Source: Candidatus Woesearchaeota archaeon (GTDB lineage Archaea > Nanobdellota > Nanobdellia > SCGC-AAA011-G17 > GW2011-AR18). Taken from it: a DNA stretch of 60,133 nucleotides. Below, piece by piece: positions 37,387 through 44,536 of the stretch. Both the position numbers and the translations under genes were made by a program. The notes under the pieces were generated by a model that saw only the letters and a program-made list of their open reading frames with translations, ran no database searches and was not told the origin of the DNA. Each line of letters begins with the position of its first letter. Position 1 is the first letter of the stretch. Where the stretch lies: the NCBI GenBank assembly GCA_018302105.1, contig JAGWAD010000009.1:1-60133 (forward strand), read 5' to 3'.

Positions 37387-38013
37387 ATGGGAGATCCAAG
37401 AAAAACAAGAAAAAAATACAAAGGCCCGGCACATCCATGGCAAAAAGCAAGGATAGATGAAGAAAGAGGCATAAAAAGAAATTATGGTTTAAAAAATAAA
37501 AAAGAAATCTGGAAATTTGTTTCTGAAATAAGAAGAATAAAATCACAAGCAAAAACTTTGATTAGGGAAAAAAGTAAAAATAATAAACAGGCATTTATTG
37601 AGGAAAAACAATTAATTGACAGGCTTGTAAAGTATGGTTTATTAACTGAAGGAAGTACCTTAGAATCGTTATTGGGATTGAAGACAAGTGACTTATTGGG
37701 AAGAAGATTACAGACTTTAGTTCATAATAAGGGCTTTGCTTTAACACCTAAACAAGCAAGACAATTTATTGTTCATGGCCATATTTTAGTTAATGGAAAA
37801 AAGATTACAGTGCCTTCGTATTTGGTTTCTTTAGAAGAAGAGCATAAAATAGAATTTAATCCAAACTCAAATTTAAATGATAAAGACCATCCTGAAAGAT
37901 CAAAAGAAAAGAAGATGAAAGGAAAAGGATCAAAGGAAAAACCAGAAGAAGCTAAAGAAGCAGAAGTTTTAGAAAAAATACAAAAAGAATTAGTTGTAGA
38001 GGTTACAGAATGA
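37387..38013 (+). CDS. rps4: 30S ribosomal protein S4
   Basis: [21 protein letters not shown] and [11 protein letters not shown]. Confidence 0.97.
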   Translation: MGDPRKTRKKYKGPAHPWQKARIDEERGIKRNYGLKNKKEIWKFVSEIRRIKSQAKTLIREKSKNNKQAFIEEKQLIDRLVKYGLLTEGSTLESLLGLKTSDLLGRRLQTLVHNKGFALTPKQARQFIVHGHILVNGKKITVPSYLVSLEEEHKIEFNPNSNLNDKDHPERSKEKKMKGKGSKEKPEEAKEAEVLEKIQKELVVEVTE

Positions 38014-38420
38014 TGAATAATAGAGACATGGGAAAACTAAGATGGGGAGTTGCCCATATCTATTCTAGTTATAATAATACTGTAATTCATATAACTGATA
38101 TTTCTGGTGCAGAAACTTTAGGAATGGCTTCTGGTGGCATGGTTGTTAAAGCTCATAGGTTAGAAAGTTCTCCAACTGCAGCTATGAATGCTGTTAGAAT
38201 TGCTGCTGAACAAGCTAAAGAAAAAGGAGTAAATGCTTTACATATAAAAGTAAGAGCTCCTGGTGGAAGCAATGGGCCTACTAGTACTGGACCTGGTGCA
38301 AATGCTGCTGTAAGAGCATTATCAAGAGCTGGATTTAGAATTGGGATAATTGAAGATGTTACTGCTTTTCCAACTGATACTTGTAGAAGAAAGGGTGGCC
38401 GGCGTGGGCGTCGTGTATAG
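38010..38420 (+). CDS. rps11: 30S ribosomal protein S11
   Basis: [19 protein letters not shown] and KGGRRGRRV. Confidence 0.98.
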   Translation: MMNNRDMGKLRWGVAHIYSSYNNTVIHITDISGAETLGMASGGMVVKAHRLESSPTAAMNAVRIAAEQAKEKGVNALHIKVRAPGGSNGPTSTGPGANAAVRALSRAGFRIGIIEDVTAFPTDTCRRKGGRRGRRV

Positions 38421-38446
38421 TATGATATATATTTTATAATATATAC

Positions 38447-38719
38447 TTATTTTTCTAAGAATTTATTTGCTTTTTCTTTATCAACTATTCCATAAATTTT
38501 TGTTTTAGCATAACCACCACGGATTAATATTTTTTCTTCTATTTTTTTGACTATTCTTAAAATTGTTAATGACTTAATTAGTTTCTGTTTTTTATTTATA
38601 TGAGTCCTTATTGTAGCATTTTTTATACAAAGCTTACAAGCTAATTCATTTATACTTTTGGGTTTTTCTAACAAGGATTTTACGATAAGTTTTTTTGTTT
38701 CACCTTTCTTTGTGACCAA
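38447..38719 (-). CDS. Winged-helix domain, probably the frameshifted C-terminus of the upstream LAGLIDADG gene
   Basis: PKSINELACKLCIKNATIRTHI..KIYGI; TTG start lies inside the upstream ORF. Confidence 0.55.
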   Translation of the reverse strand: MVTKKGETKKLIVKSLLEKPKSINELACKLCIKNATIRTHINKKQKLIKSLTILRIVKKIEEKILIRGGYAKTKIYGIVDKEKANKFLEK

Positions 38720-39654
38720 GTTCTTGTTTTTCTTTTATATAAAAGTTCAAAATTAATTTGTTTATAATCTATTGGTAATGGATTTATTGACTCATATAAC
38801 AATTGAAAACTAGTTGGATTGATCTCTATGATCCATGATTTAGTATTTACATATTTTTTATTTACTTTTTTAAATTCTATAGACCTAAATCTATGACGAA
38901 GATTATTTAGTTTATAAAAAACAGAGACTACTTCATAAATATCCTTGACAAACTCTTCATTATCTCCAAGTTCTATTCTTATTTTATCTTCTATATAACC
39001 TTCATTAATTATCATTGCTTTAATAAATTCATCTAATAATTCCTTATTTTCTTTAACTAATATTTTGAATTTGTTTGATAGAGTAACTTTCAATGATCTG
39101 AAATCATTAATTTCCAATAATTTGGAAGCAATAAACGCTATTGTATAAGAAAAATATAATTGTTCTTCTTTTTCTATAAAATTAATTGGAACTTCGCCAA
39201 AATTATTTAATCTCATTTTATGATATTCTAATAAACTTGTTTCATGCACATAAAAATAATTTCCTTTTTTATACCTATATGAACCATCAAACATTAAATG
39301 TGATGCTACATAGATTATATCTTTTAAATTAAATGGAAATCTAGGGTTTTTTATTATAGTTCCGTCTTCATGATTTCCTATATTTTCAATGTTATTTTCA
39401 ATCTCTTCTTCAGAAATATCTGCAAATTTTCTTAAAATCTCCAATTCTTTTATTGTAAATCTAATTTCTTGATTAAATAATCTTTGAGCATGATATTTTG
39501 GGCATTTTAATAATACATAATTACAGTTTTTATATTTTGAACATAATTTAGATTGAATAATTGAAAATAATTTTTTGTGTTCTTCTTCTTTTAATTCTAT
39601 AAATAAATCTTCTGGCATTTCCCAATAATGAATTTTTAGTTTATTTTCAGTCAA
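38680..39654 (-). CDS. Free-standing LAGLIDADG homing-endonuclease-like protein
   Basis: Two motifs, VASHLMFDGS and FIKAMIINEG; no intein splicing motifs. Confidence 0.7.
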   Translation of the reverse strand: MTENKLKIHYWEMPEDLFIELKEEEHKKLFSIIQSKLCSKYKNCNYVLLKCPKYHAQRLFNQEIRFTIKELEILRKFADISEEEIENNIENIGNHEDGTIIKNPRFPFNLKDIIYVASHLMFDGSYRYKKGNYFYVHETSLLEYHKMRLNNFGEVPINFIEKEEQLYFSYTIAFIASKLLEINDFRSLKVTLSNKFKILVKENKELLDEFIKAMIINEGYIEDKIRIELGDNEEFVKDIYEVVSVFYKLNNLRHRFRSIEFKKVNKKYVNTKSWIIEINPTSFQLLYESINPLPIDYKQINFELLYKRKTRTWSQRKVKQKNLS

Positions 39655-39760
39655 TTTAAATATTATATATTTTTAAACTTAAAAAGCGTTTGGAAGAATA
39701 TTTCCAAAATTATGAAAAGTTTTTACAATAGAAATATTTACATTATTAATAGAAAATTTT

Positions 39761-40705
39761 TTAAGTTTCAGATTTATTTAACATATTATAAGATTTATTC
39801 AATATTCTTAAAATTTCTTGAATATCTGAAAAATTTGATATTATTTTATAAAATTCTTTATCATAAGCTGCAAGCCATTCTCTAGCTTCATTTTTTAATA
39901 ATTGTTCTTTATCAAATGAGAAACGGAAAATATCTTCTGTTCTTATATGCAATTTATAATATGAATCACTGTAATTTCCTTTTTTATATCCAAACATTCT
40001 TGGTGAGAATTCGTGTCTTGGATTTTTTGGAGTTTCTCCCCAAGTTCCAACACTTTTTGTTTTTTCTTCAAATCCATGTGGGAATTGAATTTCCATATTT
40101 GGGGTTATTATGTGAAATCCAGGTAATGTTATTTTATAATAGGCTTCCATTTGATGTTGTTTGAAATTATTTTTTCCCCATTGATCTAGATTACTTTCTG
40201 GTTTTCTTTCTGCAATTTCTTCTAGCTTTTTTAAAATATTTCTTTCTTTTTCTCTTATTTTTTCTAAATATTTTTCAATATTCATTTTATATGCATTTTC
40301 TAAATATGCTGTTGTTCCATTGAAGGTGTATCCAAATCTTCTTTTATCTTCATGTGCATAGAAAAATAATCTTATGTCTTCATCATTTATTTGTTCTCTT
40401 ATTTTTGCTGTATTTTCTGGAATTTCATATGGCTGTAAAAATATTAATTCTCTTAGTTTCCTTCTATCTTCATTATTTATTATAAATTCTCCATCATGAG
40501 AACTAATCAAATTTACAATTCTAGAATCGTCATTTTTTAATTCATTTTCAATGCCTTTTTGTTTTAACCCATGATATAATCTTCCGATTGCTTGTTCTGA
40601 TGCAATATATAAATCATTATCTCTTTGGAAATATACTGGACTTTCTTTACTAATGTCTTTAATAAATTTAGATACAAAATCCACTATCATAGAATTTAAA
40701 TTCAT
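39761..40705 (-). CDS. Hypothetical protein
   Basis: 314-aa ORF; no motif recognised. Confidence 0.7.
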   Translation of the reverse strand: MNLNSMIVDFVSKFIKDISKESPVYFQRDNDLYIASEQAIGRLYHGLKQKGIENELKNDDSRIVNLISSHDGEFIINNEDRRKLRELIFLQPYEIPENTAKIREQINDEDIRLFFYAHEDKRRFGYTFNGTTAYLENAYKMNIEKYLEKIREKERNILKKLEEIAERKPESNLDQWGKNNFKQHQMEAYYKITLPGFHIITPNMEIQFPHGFEEKTKSVGTWGETPKNPRHEFSPRMFGYKKGNYSDSYYKLHIRTEDIFRFSFDKEQLLKNEAREWLAAYDKEFYKIISNFSDIQEILRILNKSYNMLNKSET

Positions 40706-40750
40706 GCTTATTATATTTAAGAATTATTCTTTAAAAAAATGTATTTTTGA

Positions 40751-40826
40751 TATAGTCAATCAACAAAGTGATGAGATATTTTTTATGTTTATTGATTGAC
40801 TGACAGCAATTCATTTGGTTGCTATA
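40751..40826 (-). repeat. Family A repeat, inverted and shortened copy
   Basis: Reverse complement reads TATAGCAA..TTGCTGTCAGTCAATCAATAAACATAAAAAA..CTTTGTTGATTGACTATA. Confidence 0.82.
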
Positions 40827-40872
40827 TTTTAAAATCCAGTAGTTTTATATATTAATTCTTTATTAAAAATTT

Positions 40873-41034
40873 ATGGCAGATAATAAAATAAATTTACCAA
40901 GTTCTGGTGGCGGCATTTTAAGATATTTTGAAGATGTTAAAAGTACGAAATTAGAAATGAAACCTATGATTGTTTTAATAATAATTATTGCTGTAGTTGT
41001 TATAGAATTATATTTGTATAAATTTGGCTTATAA
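40873..41034 (+). CDS. secG: Preprotein translocase Sec61-beta (53 aa, not in ORF track)
   Basis: MADNKINLPSSGGGILRYFED..KP followed by a C-terminal TM. Confidence 0.92.
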   Translation: MADNKINLPSSGGGILRYFEDVKSTKLEMKPMIVLIIIIAVVVIELYLYKFGL

Positions 41035-41436
41035 TTATAAGGTATTATTTTTTTGATATAATATTTCTTGCATTGTACTTACTTGCGAAAATAATTTCAT
41101 ATATTCATTTGCAGTTTTTGTTTTATTCAAAATATTTAATCTATTATCTAACATAATAAATCTTTTTGGTAATTTTTCCTTTAATTCTTCTTCGTTTTTT
41201 AAATTAACTATTGTTATTCCGCCTAAAATGCCATCTTGGTCATCATCTTTTGGAACTTTTGAAGTTTTTACTGTTTTTATTATTTTATTTATTATTGATT
41301 CAAACTCTTCATCTATTTTTGCATTCATAATTAAAGGAGAATCATTTGTGAACTTAATTGTTAATTCCATCTCTCCTGATTTTGAATTTACTTTTGTAAG
41401 AATTATTTCAGATACCTCTAAATTTTTAACTATCAT
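41035..41436 (-). CDS. Hypothetical protein
   Basis: 133-aa ORF with upstream TATA. Confidence 0.7.
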   Translation of the reverse strand: MIVKNLEVSEIILTKVNSKSGEMELTIKFTNDSPLIMNAKIDEEFESIINKIIKTVKTSKVPKDDDQDGILGGITIVNLKNEEELKEKLPKRFIMLDNRLNILNKTKTANEYMKLFSQVSTMQEILYQKNNTL

Positions 41437-41528
41437 GGTAATTTGTGATTGTAATTTATTTAAATAAATTTCTATGCTGTAGAATTATTTTTCGATATGT
41501 TTATATTCTAAGATTTTATTTAAATTCT

Positions 41529-42086
41529 ATGGGTGATTTGTCAATTGTCTGCTTAAGAGAGAAAGATATTCCTAAATTGCTTCCCTTAATACGAAGGATT
41601 TATCCTAAGGAAAATTCAATTTTTAAAAATGATAATTTACTTTTAAATTGGGTTATTAAAAGCGGAAATTATCCATCTGCGCAATGGTATGCTGCTAAAA
41701 TTAAAGATGAAATTGTGGGTTTTACTAGATGGTATCTTTATGATACTTCCGAGGATAAAATTTTACTAATGCTTTCATGGACTGCAGTTAAAAAGGAATA
41801 TGAAAGCAAATATATTAGTACTAAACTTCTTAATGATTCTTATTTGAAAGTAAGGTCTTACTGGAAAAAGAAAGGATTAAATGTTGCTGGTGTTTGGGTG
41901 GAAACTGATACTTGGAATATAAAGGCTAGACATTTTTATAAACATTTTTTATCTTCTATTGGATTTAATGTTAAGAAAAAAATAGTTTCTAATTTATGGG
42001 GAAAAGAAGGAGTAGTTTTTATTTTTGGTGTGACTAAATCTTTCTTGAAAAGACAAAAGAGTCTTCATTATCCCAGTTCTTTTTAA
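41529..42086 (+). CDS. GNAT-family acetyltransferase
   Basis: EKDIPKL, EIVGF, AVKKEYESKYISTKLL and N..ARHFY; ATG 41529 preferred. Confidence 0.8.
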   Translation: MGDLSIVCLREKDIPKLLPLIRRIYPKENSIFKNDNLLLNWVIKSGNYPSAQWYAAKIKDEIVGFTRWYLYDTSEDKILLMLSWTAVKKEYESKYISTKLLNDSYLKVRSYWKKKGLNVAGVWVETDTWNIKARHFYKHFLSSIGFNVKKKIVSNLWGKEGVVFIFGVTKSFLKRQKSLHYPSSF

Positions 42087-42480
42087 TATAACCACATTTT
42101 TTAAATTTATTTTTTATGTGAAATAATATAGACACCTTATTTTTTATATCGCAATCACTAATAATTCCTTTTAATCCTTCCTTTTTACCAATTTTAATCA
42201 TTTTTTCAAGTAATCTTTTACCTATCATCTTTCTTTGATACCTTTTTTCAACATGAATATCTTGCAAGTGTATTTTATTCCAAAGTTGATCCCAAATTAA
42301 AAATGCATTAACTTTGTTATCTATTATTGCAACAAGCCCATGATTTTCTTTTATGCATTTTTTAATGTGCTTTTTTCCCAAAATTCTATTTTTTTCCCAC
42401 CAATTTGGCCAAGAATCTCTGCTTAATTTTATACAATCATCTAAATCTTCTTTTTTTATTATCCTTAATCTATATGATTT
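42034..42480 (-). CDS. GNAT-family acetyltransferase; start codon unclear
   Basis: VEKRYQRKMIGKRLL and N..SILFH; frame stays open upstream of TTG 42381 to 42480. Confidence 0.7.
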   Translation of the reverse strand, partial: KSYRLRIIKKEDLDDCIKLSRDSWPNWWEKNRILGKKHIKKCIKENHGLVAIIDNKVNAFLIWDQLWNKIHLQDIHVEKRYQRKMIGKRLLEKMIKIGKKEGLKGIISDCDIKNKVSILFHIKNKFKKCGYIKKNWDNEDSFVFSRKI

Positions 42481-42748
42481 TTAATTGATTGTTATTTAAA
42501 TATATTCCTAAGACTTTTTTAGCTTAGAAATTATTTTATTTGTATCTAGGCTGAAATTAATAAATAATAAAATTATAATACTTTGTAAATTCTTAGGTTA
42601 AAATGATTTATATATAGCATAAGCCATTAATTTTTTTCAAGATAAATCATTTCTCTTTGTATTTTTATAAATTTTTGGGTAAATATTAAGTCCTTAACTA
42701 TAGATATTAAGTTATCTCCCTTAAAGACAATTATTTTTATTTAATATT

Positions 42749-43177
42749 GTAGGCAAGGAATAAGCCACCTTTTGTAAAAGCCAAACGTAAACGTGTTGTC
42801 GTAAGACCTAAGTCATGTGACGTGCGTTGCCGCGATGCTTTTTCTTAACATTCTACTAAGCGCATATTTCGGTTAAGCGAATTTCGTTAATCCGACCTTC
42901 TGCTTGCACTGTTCAGGTCTTTCGTTTCATCGTATCCAATAGAGACGTCAGCAAGTTAACTCAGCAACAATTTCTTGTGCCTTCTTTGTATCATTCCAAT
43001 TCTATTGGCCGTGTCGTTTCTATAAAGTTGCCTTCCCTTTCAGGAACCCTTATGGGCAAACCCGAATATCGGTAGACGACAAGCGCCTAAGTGGGCGGAC
43101 TTTCCTCACAACCCGCAACAATTTGTCGCTTATGACTTCCTTGTTGATTGGGTGCGTTTGCTAAGTTCCTTACCTAC
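42749..43177 (-). ncRNA. rnpB: RNase P RNA
   Basis: P1 GTAGGTAAGGAA/TTCCTTGCCTAC; GAGGAAAGTCC; AGAAAC; TGAAACG; GTGCAAG; 3' ACAAAAGGTGGCTTA; GC-enriched; TTTATAAA at 43200-43207. Confidence 0.93.
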
Positions 43178-43290
43178 AAAGAAAATTAAGAGTAAAAAGT
43201 TTATAAACCTTTTGAAGATTATTTTGTATATAAAATCATTGAAAAATTTAATAAAATATAATATTATTGGGTCATAAAGGTTTTTGTTTG

Positions 43291-43431
43291 AAGATTCTCT
43301 TCAAACAACGGCTGATGATGTAGAAAATATTTTTTTAACAAAAATATATCGAAGAGCCAGACCATGAAAATAACATCGTAAAAATCTATAACATCGTAAA
43401 AATCTATCAACCGAAGATTAAAGAGAATCTT
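43291..43431. mobile_element. MITE-like element, family B copy 2
   Basis: 11-bp inverted ends AAGATTCTCTT/AAGAGAATCTT, flanked by GTTTG direct repeats; 97 bp shared with 25747-25843; internal 18-bp tandem duplication. Confidence 0.6.
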
Positions 43432-43534
43432 GTTTGAAAATTTAAATAAAACAAACCTAAAATTTATAGAAACAAAAAATTTTATTTCTAGTGTTGTTTT
43501 ACTTAAATATTAGAAAATAAATAAGTGAAAATAT

Positions 43535-43948
43535 TTACATTTCCTTTATTATATCTTTACACATTTTCTGCCAGGCTTCCCAACCTTTTTTAGGCAATAT
43601 TCCTAAATCTATTTTTGATGAATCATTTTTTGAATATATTGTAAACCTATATTCCCAGATTAGGTATGTTCCAGGCCCAGTTTCTAAAATATTGAATTTT
43701 AAATTTTCTGTATTTAATAATCTTGGATTGTTTCTTAATATTCCAAGAAGTTTATCTGGATTTTCTTCATATTGGCACATTATGTCTATGTCTCTATAAT
43801 CTTGTCTTTTTTGTAAAATACTTCCAATTAGATAAGTGATTAATCCTTCTCCCCTTAAGAATTCAAAAACTCTTCTTACTGAAGCCCTATCGTTTATCTT
43901 AAGGTAATTTTCTATTTTGGTAAAATCTGAGATTTCTAATTCATTCAT
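43535..43948 (-). CDS. Minimal nucleotidyltransferase (Pol-beta superfamily)
   Basis: YLIGS-x9-DID plus a downstream IDL. Confidence 0.75.
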   Translation of the reverse strand: MNELEISDFTKIENYLKINDRASVRRVFEFLRGEGLITYLIGSILQKRQDYRDIDIMCQYEENPDKLLGILRNNPRLLNTENLKFNILETGPGTYLIWEYRFTIYSKNDSSKIDLGILPKKGWEAWQKMCKDIIKEM

Positions 43949-44025
43949 GTATTTATTAATATGGTAACTTAATTAAATCTTTCTAAATTGAAAATATTTA
44001 TAACTCAATCTTATTTTCTTATTAT

Positions 44026-44520
44026 ATGAAACCTAGTATTTTTAGAACTTTGATTGATTATGAACATAGGAAATGGTTAGGAGAATCCTTAGGTTTATCT
44101 TCTTTTACATACAATGGTATTGACTTAATTGACAATAAATTTGGTGTTGAAATCAAAAGTAGGTACAGAGAATATTCTTTAAATTTTGCAGTCCATAGTT
44201 ATCAAATTGACTATTTTAAAAATATAAACAATGATCTAAAATTATTTTGGGCCTTTTTACTTTATGATTTAAAGATGCCTATTAAAAAAATAAATAGAAA
44301 GAGAATAAAAGATTTAATATTTAACAGAGAAGCTTGGATTTTCGATTGGGAATGGATTAATCAATTTGAAATTTCTGATGTAAAAACCGGACCATATATT
44401 TATGTTGGTAAAAGAAATTTTCCAGATAATAATTATTTTAATAAATTTGAGAAAGGAAATGGAATAATTTATTTACCAAAAAATTCTGTTTTAGAAAGTA
44501 GGTTAAATTTAAATATCTAA
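44026..44520 (+). CDS. PD-(D/E)xK nuclease-fold protein
   Basis: E..GIDL..GVEIKSR..Q. Confidence 0.6.
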   Translation: MKPSIFRTLIDYEHRKWLGESLGLSSFTYNGIDLIDNKFGVEIKSRYREYSLNFAVHSYQIDYFKNINNDLKLFWAFLLYDLKMPIKKINRKRIKDLIFNREAWIFDWEWINQFEISDVKTGPYIYVGKRNFPDNNYFNKFEKGNGIIYLPKNSVLESRLNLNI

Positions 44521-44536
44521 TTTGTTACTAATTTTC

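Noticed and set aside
2539-40826. Family A repeats as a CRISPR array or integron attC sites
   Set aside because: Copies are kilobases apart with no spacer periodicity; there are no cas genes or integrase, and core genes lie between copies.
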